From assembly GCA_951406725.2 (NCBI GenBank), contig OX597820.1:109616001-109680000 (forward strand): DNA of 64,000 nt, read 5' to 3'. Made by a program: the position numbers and the translations under genes. The notes under the pieces were generated by a model. The model was not told the origin of the DNA, did not search any database, and saw only the letters and a list, made by a program, of their open reading frames with translations. Positions 38,811 to 53,127 of the stretch are shown in pieces; position 1 is the stretch's first letter; every line of letters starts with the position of its first letter. Origin of the DNA: Octopus vulgaris (lineage: Eukaryota).

Positions 38811-40989
38811 CTTATATTTTTTTAAGAGGCACCCTCATTGGCTTGTAAATATATAATCATGTATGTATGTACATATGTATATAAAATATTTTGTCTTCTC
38901 TAGGCAAAACATCAAAAAAATTGTCTGGTTCGTCATCTTCCGAAAACCTGGAGTCCAAAGCACATGCCAGTTTACCAACCGAATGTACAGGACTTGAATG
39001 ACGTCTCTTCATCTGAGAGTGACTCGGATGATCCATGCTAGGAAGAAGACATCTTTTTCAAATGTGATATCTCATCGACACTACTCAAGCTATTTTTCCT
39101 TCTAATCAATTTAAAGACTGTATATTGGCAAAAAGAAAGAAAGAAAATTGAATTACATAATAAATACAAAAAGAAACCCAAACAATAAACAAAGCAAAAA
39201 AAATTAAGATTCTGTAGCCTGACTGCAGAAAATTTGAAAAAAACTACTTTTTTAAAAATTAAGGTACATTTTTATTTACCAAACAGTAATTAAAAAACTT
39301 TTTTACACACACATTTAACACAAGTTAAAGTTGAATCAGTATACATACATACATTACCATTAGTTAAAGTTGAAATATTCTAGTTGCTGTATTGTGCTGC
39401 AAAAGCTATAGCTTTTGGGGTGAGATGGGGAAGGGGTCTGCAGATGTAAGAACTGCTAAACTGAAATGAAAATATATGAACTAAACATATTTTGTTATCA
39501 TTGATAATGATAATATATTTTAAAAAAGAAAAACACAGCAGAAGCCTAGCTTTGATTTCATGTGATGTATCAGAACTATAACAAGGTTTATTCTATGGAA
39601 ACTTTCAGTATATCAAAGTTGTATGCTGATCTCAACTCCGGGAACCATACTGTCTTATTTAGTGTGGTCAGTATAACTAGACAGCATCAAACCTTTATTT
39701 CTGTTTGTTAAATGCTGCTGTCGTCAATTTGCAAACCCCCTCTCCTTGTAAAGAAATAAACAAAAATTATACCATTTAACATTTTTTTATAATAACCATT
39801 TTCTTTCTCATAATATTCACTAAAGGAGCATACACACACACATACTGTGTGTGTGAGAGTGTGTGTGTGTGTATGTGTCTATCTGTTGATGGATAACCAA
39901 CTAAGAAATCTTTGTTCTGTATTTTGTTTCTAGCAGTGTTGTGTTCCATGACCAGTTCGCCTCACTGAAAATAAGTTCCACTAAGTTCGAAGTAGTTGCC
40001 ATTGTAAGCAGCACCTATTTTGATACTGCAACTAGACCCTTACGTGCCTTTAGCCTTGGAAAGCTACCTCTGACCCTGAAAAAGGGTTATAAGTTCTACT
40101 CATTAAAAAGGAAAATGTTCGGTATGTTAGCTTGCAGTGCTGGGTTCAGCTCTACTTGTGACAATAGCTTGGAGTAAAACAAGCCACTATATTGTTAAGC
40201 TGCTAGAAATATCAGATAAATACATCTTATTATCTTGGATAATGTCTGATATTTAAAAAATGATCTAAGTCTGGTCTACTTGGTCAAAAGGTTGACCAAG
40301 CAGACTTGGGTTGAACAACAATATCTTGGAGAGGAAGTCACAGATGTGTTTCTTGAAAATGAACTTTTCAGTGGTGACCCAAAATAGAAGTATTTACAGT
40401 GATTATTATTGTTATTTACAGTCTTCCTTCCATGCAGGTAGAACCCATTGTTAAACAAAATTAAGTGGGTGGAGATTTAATTACCTGCTCCTGCAAGTGT
40501 TTTGTTTTTCTGGGTTTATACGTCAGGAGTACAGACCAAATTTGTATTGGGGTGGAGGTCAGTGAAGTCAATCCTCTCATTGATACCTAACTTTTACCCT
40601 CATCTGATCATGTAAGGTCTAGCAACTTATGTAATGTGGAAATTATGTGGATTATTTGCCATGTAAGAGCTGTTTGACAAATATTTTTTTTCTAGCCATG
40701 AGTATGGAAAGAAAAAAATGAACAGGTGTATTTGTGCTATTGTATAACCTCTAATCACACAATCAACAGACAACTGACTAATGGCATTCCAGCTGAAATT
40801 ATTCCATGTATGTAGGACCACATTATCTGATGTGCCATTATTTTTTAAAGAAAAGATCTGAAGGTGTTAATTGATGGAGATAAGTTTTCTAGTGCTACTA
40901 TAATTGACTTGTGTACCATGTTGTTGTTGGAGATTATGATTTTGAGTTTTCAAAATCCTAATCTTCAATATCTAAAGCAGAAAATGAAT

Positions 40990-41185
40990 GTGGCAAGCTG
41001 GCAGAATTGTTAGCGCATCAGGCAAAATGCTTAGTGACATTTCAGCTGTCTTTACATTCTGAGTTCAAATTCTGCCAAGGTCAAATTTGCCTTTCATCCT
41101 TCTGGGGTCAATAAAATAAGTAACAGTCAGGCACTTGGGTTGATGTAATCGATTTACCTCCATGCCTGAAACTTTCTGGCCTTTA
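40990..41185 (+). mobile_element. tRNA-derived SINE with Meta-domain-like core
   Basis: A-box-like agctggcagaa, B box gagttcaaattc, core gcctttcatccttctggggtcaataaaataagta. Confidence 0.7.
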
Positions 41186-41539
41186 AAACAATATTTTAAA
41201 CAGAAATCTGAAGAAATTCTCCATCCACCTTCAACCTCCCCCAAAGTTTAAGTTGTGGAGTAGCAGGAGCAACTGTATCAGACCTTGTTCCAGTCCACAG
41301 AGATGGAATATCTAAGCTCCTTGAGAAAATGGCATTTGTTCAATGGTGATTATAGTATTTATTTTCAGGCAATTTAAATGACATCTATGAAGTTAAGAAG
41401 GTTATCAATATGTTTTCATTGCATCATAGTTTTCCACAAATGAAAAAGAATATCCTATAAGATTATTTCATAAAGTACATTACACATATTTAATAACATG
41501 CTATTCATTGACTTTATATGTTTATTTTTCTCTATTTGT

Positions 41540-42387
41540 TTAGATATAACAAGCAGACCATGTGAACATAAAAAATACATTTTGTAATATATGTGGCAAA
41601 TATACGCCTTAACAACAGAGGCAAAATATATCATCTTTTGTTAAACAAATATATTGATTGTATTTCAGCAATCAAAATGAATCCTGGATCCCTCATAAAT
41701 TGTATTGAGTTACATTTTGGAGCAAAGGAAAGAAAGAAATCTACATTGTTTATAAGATCAATGGTTTGTTGTGAGTCACAACATCACACAGATGATTGCT
41801 ATTTCTACTCATGCAAGTGACAAGATTTAATGGAAAAAACAAATGTAATATTTCACTATGCCACCTGTGAGAAGACCCATGTTTCATATAACTGCTCTTA
41901 AAATGAAAGAACAGAAGACACAAAATGCATCTCTTTAATACTGGGCCTCAATGTTTTACACAAATTCAATGATTTGCAGAGTGAACTTGGATTTTATGAA
42001 ATTTCTGTATTATTTGGTTGAAGGTTAATTACCACTGATTTGCTTAATCCAGGTGACATACACTACCATCAGGAAAAAGAATTTCTTCCATATTTTACCT
42101 CAGACTGTAATTTAGTTTGTGGCATCAATCAGCTGGGTTTGATTCAGTGTATATTAAGAAAGTGTTTAAATTACTAAGCTTGTGATTAGCATTTTGATTC
42201 CTTCTCAATGGTAACAAATATTCATTTATTCTTGTTGCTCACTCACTTTACTTGAAAGAATCTTTTGGAAACTTCACATTTCTCCTTGAGAAAACAAAGT
42301 ATCAAGACTACTCATGGATTGTGTGTGAAAACTAAAGTTATTGCTGTGTGCCTTAGTCAACAGTATCGATATACTAAAATGTCATGC

Positions 42388-42418
<31 letters not shown>

Positions 42419-43130
42419 GAGAGAGAGAGAGAGAGAGAGAGCTCTGCCAGCCCACTCACAAGTGATGGTGTGACTGGACAAAAAGAACATCTTTTATGGT
42501 CAGTTAATCATTGTAAAGCAATATTTTTTATTGAAGGTCAAAGGATAAAAGAAACATTCACAGCCACTAATCCACCACGAAAAAAAAAATTATTGTTGCC
42601 TCCTTTATACATAAAACTGGGGCCTCATGCAGCTATATGTTAAGGCTTTTGACAAAAATAATTGTTTCAAGTATTTATGAAGTATTATGAATGTTTATTT
42701 ACAAACATTTAAACAAGAAATAAAAGGTGTCTATGTAGGGATATAAATAAAATAAAAATGAATGACAGAATTTGAAAAGTCTAAGATTACATGTGAACTT
42801 GATGTTTGGATTTTATTTAGAAATATTGTAAATATTTTGGTCTTGAAGTATAGAGATATTATGTTAATAGTGTTGAATCATTTTTACAGAACTATCAGAA
42901 ATTTGGATGCAATATCATCATCATCATGTATTTTCATTCCCACTGGAATTACTTTCTTCAAAAACACAAATTTTTGAAAAACAAGGTGAGAGTTTTCACC
43001 CATAAAGATATCAAAGAGCTGGAGACAAGATATGGAAGTGGCTGGACCACCACCTGCTTGCTATAGGTCAATAAAGTGAGATTCACCAGAAAAACATGGA
43101 AGTAAATCAAGTAATTGTTTACCAAAATAG
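41540..43130 (+). mobile_element. Degenerate DNA transposase relic, Chapaev3/CMC-like
   Basis: MVCCESQHHTDDCYF, LLNGN..SFILVAHS, YTKMSCF, LLPPLYIKLG and QGE.FH.DIK motifs. Superfamily assigned from memory of motifs. Confidence 0.55.
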
Positions 43131-43557
43131 TCATTAAAATAATTCTATTTAGTACATTTATATTATTTTTGTCCTTATTATTCCTCTATTAATAAAGGGT
43201 TTAAAATGTTGGGCACTAAATAATATAGAATCTAAAATTATTTTGCCATAAGAAAACTGTTTCACCAACTTAATTTTTTTTAAACAAAAATGTTTTGGTA
43301 TTTTTGAATTCACTAGGTCACTTATTTTCATTAAAACATCTTTTTTCAATTTGTACCTCAGGGTAAATATATATCTTAACTTTAAATGGCTTTCTTATAA
43401 GTGAATCTGTGAAGTGATACCTCAGATGGCACTAGGTTGTTGTAAAACTCACTGGGGTGGTCCATAGTTTCTTTGGAATCTGAAACAGTGACTATAGACT
43501 TACACAATTTCATTGATTTGCAGACAATGCTATAACAATTTTTCCAGTTTATCAATT

Positions 43558-44683
43558 TTTGAGGGAGAGGGAGATTTGATTGTTATTTCTTTTACCACCA
43601 CCACCACCACCACCACTACCTCCTCCTCCTCGAGTTGGTTTTTGTCTTGCCAACACTTTCCCAACCTTTCTTCCCCTCATCATTCAGAGCCAGTTGCAAT
43701 TGTTACAAAGTTCTTGTTTATTTGGTGGTGGGAGAAGTGTGTTACAGGCATAAGAGTGTGTGTGTGCAGTTCTGTTGAAGAATTACGATTGTTAATGTGC
43801 ACATCGCTGACAGATTTGTGTATGCATCTCTCACTTTCTCTCTCTTTATATATGTGTGTGTGTGTGTGTGTGTGCATAAATTGATCTAAGGTATTCCAGC
43901 CCTAACTATCCCATAATTTTTCAGAAATATAACTATATTATCCAGTGTGGCCTCTTTCCTTAAATGGTAGAATATGGTTTGAGGGAGAGGGAGATTTGAT
44001 TGTTATTTCTTTTACCACCACCACCACCACCACCACTACCTCCTCCTCCTCGAGTTGGTTTTTGTCTTGCCAACACTTTCCCAACCTTTCTTCCCCTCAT
44101 CATTCAGAGCCAGTTGCAATTGTTACAAAGTTCTTGTTTATTTGGTGGTGGGAGAAGTGTGTTACAGGCATAAGAGTGTGTGTGTGCAGTTCTGTTGAAG
44201 AATTACGATTGTTAATGTGCACATCGCTGACAGATTTGTGTATGCATCTCTCACTTTCTCTCTCTTTATATATGTGTGTGTGTGTGTGTGTGTGCATAAA
44301 TTGGGTGTTTATATTTTGTGTATGCATGATATCAGTCTCTGTAAGTTACTATTGCTGTTTAGCCCTACAACAACCATAATCAAGGAGATCTATGATCTAA
44401 GGTATTCCAGCCCTAACTATCCCATAATTTTTCAGAAATATAACTATATTATCCAGTGTGGCCTCTTTCCTTAAATGGTAGAATATGGTTTGAGGGAGAG
44501 GGAGATTTGATTGTTATTTCTTTTACCACCACCACCACCACCACCACTACCTCCTCCTCCTCGAGTTGGTTTTTGTCTTGCCAACACTTTCCCAACCTTT
44601 CTTCACCTCTAGATTAAGATTTATATTATCTCCCCTCATCATTCAGAGCCAGTTGCAATTGTTACAAAGTTCTTGTTTATTTG
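43558..44683. repeat. Local tandem triplication, periods 420 and 511 bp
   Basis: gagggagagggagatttgattg starts at 43561, 43981 and 44492; copies are near identical. Confidence 0.9.
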
Positions 44684-44849
44684 TAGCAAAGATAATTTCA
44701 ATAAATTTAGAATTTGCCTTGTTTGGTATTGAGTAAATCTATATTTGTTATTGCTAATTCAAATTCAGGTTGCCTGTTATTTCTCTTAACTCATTTTTGT
44801 TTGATTGCTCTCTTCTTTTTATATATGCCAGAGTCAAGGTAGAGACTGA

Positions 44850-44960
44850 TAAGTACTAGGCTTACAAAGAATAAGTACTGGGGTCGATTTATTTGACTAA
44901 AACCCTTTAAGGCAGTGCTCCAGCATGGCCACAGTCAGCTGAAACATATAAAAGAACGAT
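44850..44960 (+). mobile_element. SINE 3' half with CR1-like tail
   Basis: aagtactggggtcgat...ggcagtgctccagcatggccacagtc.gctgaaaca. Confidence 0.7.
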
Positions 44961-45471
44961 TCTAACATTACTGACATAATCAATTCTGCTGATCAACAAC
45001 AATAATACTTGAAATAGAAAACATAAAGGCAAATTAAATTTTCATTATAGGTTTTTCCCAGTGGAGAAAAGATTGTTTTGAACTTCCAACATGAGCATCC
45101 AACATACAATTGTCATGAGAGATGTAAGTCTCCTCTAATTGCAAACCAGTTACTGATAATGTTTGTCCTTGTGATTTGTTGATAGACTTTGCAAAATTTA
45201 GTCTAATTAGAGACTATATTCTTTTAAATTGTACTGGTAAATCAGTAGATATTAATGGAATTCAGAGAGTTCACAATAAGCCTTACTCCATTGCAGAGTT
45301 TTGGAGGATCTAAATTTCTTAGAAGCATTATAAGTGCTCAAGCTTATGAGGAGGTAAACTTGGTGGTTCCAGTGAGTTTAAAAATTTAACTGGATAATTT
45401 ACTATTTTTGATTGGTCAACAGTGTCAATAGAGCTTTGTGATTGGCAGCTTCCTGTATGTATATATATATT

Positions 45472-45846
45472 TTATTCCTTTACTTGTTTCAGTCATTTCA
45501 CTGCAGCCATGCTGGAGCATCGCCTTGAAGTATTTTAGTCGAACATTTCGACTCCAAGACTTTTTTAAGCCTAGTACTTCATCTATAGGTCTCTTTTGTC
45601 AAACCGCTAAGTTATGGAGACCTAAACACACCAACACCGGTTCTTAAGCAGTGATGGAGGGACAAACACGAACACAAAGACACACACACACACGTAAATA
45701 TATACATATGTATATATATATGACGGGCTTCTTTCAGTTTCTGTCTATCAAATCCACTCACAAGGCTATAGAAGACACTTGCCCAAGATGCCACGCAGTG
45801 GTACTGAACCCAGAACTATGTGTTTGGGAAGCAAGCTTCTTACCAT
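45472..45846 (-). mobile_element. tRNA-derived SINE, near full length
   Basis: Head with GGTTCAGTACC, internal (TA)/(TG)n, and tail gctccagcatggctgcagt.aaatgactgaaaca. Confidence 0.8.
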
Positions 45847-46143
45847 ACATAAAAGATGTAAATATGATTTGTATTATTAAAAGGGGTGTATGCAACTTTG
45901 TACATTCGTAGGTGTCAACAAATTTGGATAGCTGAGTTTGTATAGTTGAAGATATGTAAATATTTGTATAACTGATGATATATAAATTTGTATAATTATT
46001 AAGAAAAAACTCGTATATCAAATTTTTTAATGAAATCTCATTACCTTTAAACTGGAGTGAAAATATAAGTCGGACATAAGCATTTGTTATGTTTGCATTT
46101 GTTTTCGAAAAAAAAAGAAAATGCTAACGTTTATTTTCATATG

Positions 46144-46193
<50 letters not shown>

Positions 46194-47799
46194 CCAAACT
46201 GCGGCCTCCTGATACCACTGACATGGCTCCAACAGTCATATCAAGAGCTTGGAAATTGCAGACCAGCCCAGCAAGCCAACTTGATTAGAGTGGAAAAAAG
46301 AACTTGCACCAACTGTTCACGTCTACCAACTTCTATGTTTTCTATTTCAAGTATTATTGTTGTTGATCTACAGAATTTATCATGTCAGTAAAGGGTTTTA
46401 GTTAAAGAAATCAACTCCAGGACATTTTTTTAAAACCTAGTACTTATTCTATCAGTCTCTACCAACTACTTACGTAACCTACTCTGTTCACATCAACCAC
46501 TCAACACTAACTGTTGTATCAATGGTTCAACACGAACTGCCGTATCAACTGCCTGACACCAACTGACTGCTATATATTCACTCACTACTATTTATAATCC
46601 TCCATGCAAAAAAAACCCCCAAAAAACGTGTAGCATGCCACACAACCCAAATGGATTATTTTTCATTAGAATTAATTGTTAATTCATTATTGATCTTTCC
46701 TTGCAGAACAAGAGCACAGTAGTTCTATGTTGTGTAGTACCATTTGAAATTATATTCAGATTTTTCCTCGTTTGTAACAATATTTCCTGTCCCTTCACAT
46801 TAAGTCAATTAACAAGAGGTAAAGATGTGAACACACCGCTAACACACAAACAACAGCAGGTCATGCACACACACACCCACACTGCATTAATTTCGATTCT
46901 TTGTAAACAATCAAAATTACGTTGAAGGAAGACTATCTCCAGTCCCTTATAAGAATGCAGGTCCAAATTTGAGGACAACCTATATCTGACCTTTCCTCCC
47001 AAGTTTTAACATGATTAGTTTTTGTATGCATTAACAAAGAAGCAACTTTATATATTAGATATGTATATATAATCAGTTAACATCCATGTTCCTTGCTAGG
47101 ATGGGTTGATAAGATCCGATAAATCCAAAGACTGCATTGTACTCTAAGGATTTCAAATGCCAACCACTTCACAGTGTGTACTGCATGCCTTTTTTTTCCC
47201 TGCCATTTGCACCATTGAGGTTGTCATGCAGCTTGCAGGACTTTGAACTTTGGGAGAGGTGTACGATCAGCTTCATGCTTGGGCTAAAGGAATTAAACTA
47301 TAAGAAACAGAGGTGGGAGTCAGACTAGCAACTTGTAGATTTGCATGTTCACTCATATTTAGTAAAAGGGGAGAAAGAGAAATTATAACTAAGACCTGAA
47401 AAGAGACAGATAAGATAACGGCAATGAGTTGCCCAACAAGGTACAAGATGAGTAAAAGTGGGTGGGAGATTTGCAAGATTGCATGGGGAAATGAGGGGAT
47501 GGGGTAGGGTTGAAGGGTGAATGGATAATGATCCATGAGCTGGAGAAGGTAGAGGAATGTCTATATATAGCAGAAAGACACTTGACAATACGACAGTCTA
47601 AAGAATAGGTTTGCAGTTCGATCTGGGATAAAGTTGCAATAAGTTATCATGGTGAACCATGATTCCGGAACACAGGGAGAAAATAAAAGATCAAACAGAA
47701 ACAGAAAAAAAGGTAGATGAGGAATTCAGTCACTTCGGACTTAGAATTCACTGAGGGAAGGTGTGTCAGAAGAAAGTGATTCAACAGTGCGGGTTGAAA

Positions 47800-48890
47800 G
47801 AGATGAAAGAGGCAGTGGTACACGAAGTGAGAAAGAAGGAAGAAGAAAGGCGAAATGTACATTTGGTACAATGTAGTCAACAGGGACAGTGCCTGAGACA
47901 GGAGGAATATGTGGTCAGTCGCAGAATCTAATGGAAGGAACTTTGGGCTTGGGAACAAGCAAGAACATCCTTCCTGATCAAGTCTACTTTCGACGTTTTA
48001 CCTTCACTGGCGAATTTAGTCCGGTGGAACATACAAACAACTGACGAATGTAGCTGCAGAGAGAAAGCAACGGTGAGACATGTTCTGTCAAACTGCAGGC
48101 TAGCATTAGACAGATATACATGGCGTCACAATCAAGTTCTCGGTGTTATAAGCGATCGAAGAATATAATAAGTGGGGGAGTACCCAAAAGTGGAAAAGCG
48201 CAAAAGGATATACTTCCAGGAGGAGGGAAAAGGACATAAAACCAGGCTTTCAAATAAAGTATAGGGGACAGACGAAAGATGGAAGGGATATTGGGAGCTG
48301 ACTGCAAATTTGGAAAGTCTTAATATTTCCGCTCATAAAAACAACAAAAAGACCGGACTTAATCCTATGGAACACAGAATGGAGAATTGGAATTTTACTA
48401 GAGCTGACAGTGCCATGGGAAGAGAACATTGCTAATGCAGAGCAGAAGAAGTATGAGAGATTAATTGATGGACTGTCAAGTATCATCACTTGGCAACAGG
48501 GGCTAGAGGCTTAATTGAAAGGAAAATGGCGACGTTATTTAAAAGAAGGTTTGCATATTCAAGCTTAGAGCTGAGAAAAGTAATAAGGAGGAGGCAGTCG
48601 AGAAAGCCAGCTTCTATATATGGCTGAAACGAGAAGACCCAAAATGAATCGAAAGCCATAACATGCCGACTGGGAAGTAGTGTTACTAGGTGAGACTGGC
48701 TGGTATTTAAGTAGCATTGCTGATTGACAGGTGGGCCAAGGTAGCGATCTCGTCCCCTCCATTGGTCAATTGAAACTTAGATGGTGTCACATGACAGCTG
48801 GAGCCTACCAGCGAGTATTTAAAGGGAAATTTGGCAGGATGGTCATTCGTTGACGCTGCATCGAAGAAACCAAAGAAGAAAGAAAAAACG
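47800..48890 (+). mobile_element. HERO-type non-LTR fragment with restriction-like endonuclease
   Basis: FLIKSTFDVLPS.ANL.RW, C.C..ATVRHVLSNC..ALDRYTWRHNQVL, RPDLILW..LLELTVPWEENI..AEQKK, and KASFYIWLKRE*. Confidence 0.8.
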
Positions 48891-49027
48891 TACTCAACAG
48901 AGCTGAAGATACCTCCAAAAGTGTCGAAAATGGTAGAGGACGTGGTTCCTCCTGATGTCTTTGGCTACTGGATCCTATAAGGAAGCTGTTGAGGTAGCGA
49001 ACCAGGAAACGCGGTTGGAATTCCTCC

Positions 49028-49083
<56 letters not shown>

Positions 49084-49096
49084 GATATATATATAT

Positions 49097-52000
49097 ATGG
49101 GTCATTCTGATGAAATTCAACAAGGGTCTGCCATGAAGTTTTCTTAAATTTTCTTCAAGCTTGTTAGTATCCATGTGAGGAGAAATTCCTGAGAATTTTA
49201 GCCCTATAGCTATTACCAGTCAGATTTTATTCCCCTTTATACTTTTAGGCAATTTCTAAAATTGTCGAAATATTGAATTTCTTTTATTTTTAGGAGTCCA
49301 TCATTCCAAATAAGTTTGATGCCATACCTTGGCAAGTATGTTCCTTTAATTCCACAATATGAAGTTTCTCAGAAACTAAAGATCAATTTGTTTAACTCAG
49401 CTATCAACCAAGGTACAAAAAATACCAACCGAAAACTGCAGAAATCCATGTCTGGGGATCTATTTAAAAAAAATTTGCTTATAGACCGAGAGCCAGTCCT
49501 GATTTGATTAGACTTAAAGCTCAAAAATGCTGGCAAGGCATAATATGTGTACAAATGGTCCTAATACCATGAAACGTGATTCTTAAGTATACTTAGGTAT
49601 GGATTAATTAATTATGAGATAATCAACTTGCGTAAATAACTAATTTAATTAGACTTTAAACTCCAGTAATGAATCACATTAAATATTACTCCTTAGACAC
49701 AGTGATACTTAAATGAAAACTTATGAAGAAAAAAAGGGTATGGAAAAACAAATCAAGAAGTTTTAATTAGACACTTAATTAGGAGTTAATTAGACTTTCT
49801 GCTCCTGCAACAATTACTTCGCAGAAATGTTTACTAAACCCAACTGAATTTATTCATGTCACTTAAGGACCATTTTAGGTATGGATTTCTAATTTAAGAA
49901 GCAATTTCTACTAATCACTATGCACTAATTAAGGAGAAATATACACCTATTTTTCCACAATCAGGTTTTTCAGTTCACGTACGTCAGAATGTGACGGACT
50001 TAGATTCACGTGCGTCACTTTTTTGACAGAGTTTGTCACGTTTTTGTAACGCTTTATCCAATTCTTTACTCATATTCATTCGCATTTAGATCATCAGAGT
50101 ACGAACACGCCTGATATTCGTCTTCCGCTAGTCAACATATTCAATAAGGGGGCATCAAAAATAAATTATCATGGAGGGCCATTTCTCACCTGGCGATCCT
50201 GGGTAACCTTCATATTTCCCCGATCTCGTCACCTCTCAAACTGATCTCCACGTAATCCCACCTGATTCAGCATTGAATATTGGCGGGTCCCAGTCGGAAA
50301 CTGCGGATGTACCCTCGGCCAGTCAGCCTCCCGTTGTAAGTGATCGCTCATTACACTGTGTTATCCACAGCAGAAAGTCTAAAGAGAGCGCTGAAAGTGG
50401 ACTGCTACTTCCGCTCTCAGAGCAGAAATGATGATCCATCCAAAATGCCACATCAAAATGCTCAAGTAAAAAAAGATTCCGTACATCCATTTATTACGAC
50501 ATCATCCAAAAGCTACCAGAAACATTTTCTGATTTGCACGGATACCACAGTGGTTGTTATAAAGATTTCACAGCAATCACAGATGATGTTCAGTCCCTAG
50601 AAACGACTCCTAGTCCATTACCAAGAAAACGCAAAATACCAACAGTGGTGCCCACATCTGCTGGCATTTACTCTCAGGTCTGCGTATTCTGCGATTTAAA
50701 GCGCAAGTCAAAAGGCAGGAGTGGAGAAGAGAGTCTAACTACTTGTCAAACTTTCGATGCACAAGAGTCAATTAAATGAGTAGTTACGACAATAGCAGCA
50801 AAAAACAATGATGACACTGTGCTCCGAAAAATCGCTGGATTAGATATGATCGCTAAAGAAGTAAAGAACCATCAAAGCTGTAAGAATATTTTCTCCAAAC
50901 GCGCGCAGGCATTGAAGGAAAAGGATGACAAAACGAGTGAACCAAAAGGACAAGCGATGGAATTACTTTCTGACTACATAAGAGAATACGTACTGAATGA
51001 GAAACGACCGGAATTGCTGACATTCCTTTACACACGACATGTCGAATATTGCCAGGATGCCGGGGTTGATTCGTTTTCAACAGCTCAGTATTTGAGTAAA
51101 TGGGTCGTGCAAAAATTCAAAGATAATATCAAAGTACAATCACCCAAAGGTAAGAAATTAGGTGAGGTAGTCGATTCTACTGCAGTCCAAGAGGATGCAG
51201 TAAGAACAGCGTTTGATTTCACTTCCTCCCCTGAGCATATCTTCAACTAGGCGGTAGCTGTTGTTCTTGAAGGAATTGAAGAGTGTGAAAAAGCGAAACC
51301 TGAACTATCCACTGACCACAGAGGCTTTACTGCACTGAGAGGGGCACCCTACTGACTTGGTGAAGACTTTCTACCGGACTTTTTATGGTGGTTTTGGCAA
51401 GCAAACCCCTAGTACAATTCGTTGTGCTGATGCTGCTAGTCAGGATGCCTTGTTTGTCATTACGCATGGAGCAATCAAACCCCGCGAACACATCGCAATG
51501 GGTATGGGTATGAAATCTATGACAGGCAGCAGAAAGGTGGTCACCCTCTTGAACCGTTATGGCTAGAGCATCAAATATCATTGCGCAGAGGAGCTAGAGA
51601 CTGAGTTGGCTTTTGCCCACAATGAGAAGAAGACCATCATCCCCGAGGGTGTACAACCAAACCGAGTAATGGGGAATGCCTATGATAATTATGACGAACT
51701 GACCTACACTCTATCAGGTGCAAATTCCTTACACAATACGACGGGCATCCTTTACCAAAAACGAAGATAAAACAGATCGAGGACGGCATGGTGCATCAGA
51801 ATGGATAGTCCCGACTCCTTGGGAAAAACAACAGAAAAGGAGAAAGTTGGATACAGACAAGCCTGCACTTCAGCCCTACAGGAAGACACCAAGAGTGAAA
51901 TCGTTTTGTTACAGTAAGACAAACGTGTGGGACAGGTCCATTGCGACACTGCTGAAAGATTGCAAGGCAGATGACATGTTCATGATGAGCCACGCCTTCA

Positions 52001-53100
52001 AAATAGATGGAACACCAATATGGGGTGTATTCAATGCCATGTATCACACGGACACAATTCCAAGACAGAAGACATGCCTAACATCAGTCATTCCCCGACC
52101 AGTTTGGATGTTGTGGCTGAAACTCTACGACTGACACAGAAGTGCGCTCTGGAATGCAACCAACAGTGTGGTCTCGTGACATATAACCTCGCAATAACGA
52201 AACCTACCATCAGAATCCAAGATACCGAAAGTCCGACCTTCGACAACAATGTTCGGCCAGTTTCAAAGCAATTGGCAAACTATTGGCCGAGTCAGGTGGC
52301 CCAAGAATCCTTAAAGAGTGCGACAATGCGCTTGCTCTTGGATCGTTGAAAGGATTCAAGTCCGGCACTCATTTTATTAGATGTAAGCTTGAGGACCTAC
52401 TACTCAATTCTGGATGGATTACATCGAAAGAATGCACGATTATCATGTACTCAATTGTGCCATCAGAACAAACGATGTTGACCTGTTCATAGACGCTCTC
52501 ACTCCGATTGGCCCTCTCATGTGCAAAGCTCTGCCTGGATTTCACACATTTACAGGCACATCTTCTTTTGACAGGCAAGGAAAGATATGGTTTCTTCAAA
52601 TCCTTGAGCAGAACACAGAATTCCAGTATGCATTTGCTAAGCTAGGCGATGCCGACCCAGACCTGGAAACATTCACCATCATAGAAAAGTATACCTGTCA
52701 CATATATCGCCAAATAAGCTGTACCAGCATTAAGAAAGCATTCTCCCCATGTGTTAAAGCAAAAGATCCACTCGAGAGACTGAAGGGAATCGATGCAAGT
52801 AGTCTACCACCATGCCACAATGAACTTTTGTAACAATACCAACGTGCAAGATTCGTTGCGAACTTGTGGGGAGATGCCGGACAATTGTTGCTTGAACAAC
52901 AACCGCAGTATGGATGGGAACTGATCGATAACGAATACACGACCATCTGGTTCCAAGGCGAGCAACTTCCTGTCAATATGACAGAGGAGAGACCAGCATC
53001 ACTGCCCATTGACGAGTTCAGTGATGACGAGGATAATACCATATTGACCGTATCCTCTGGTGACGAGCAGAACAGAACAGAACAGAATACACGCTGCAGC
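49097..53100 (+). mobile_element. Large DNA transposon relic, Academ(X)-like, internally deleted
   Basis: CVFC..LTTCQT, DMIAKEVKNH.SC, TGSRKVVTLLNRYG, YDNYD..TLSG..SLH.T.GI.YQ, XPG-like LPGFHTFTG, LPPC..L..RA..W and YGWE. Likely left end follows (TA)n; the right end was not found. Confidence 0.55.
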
Positions 53101-53127
53101 CGTCTGGATAATGGGGCGTCATGTACC

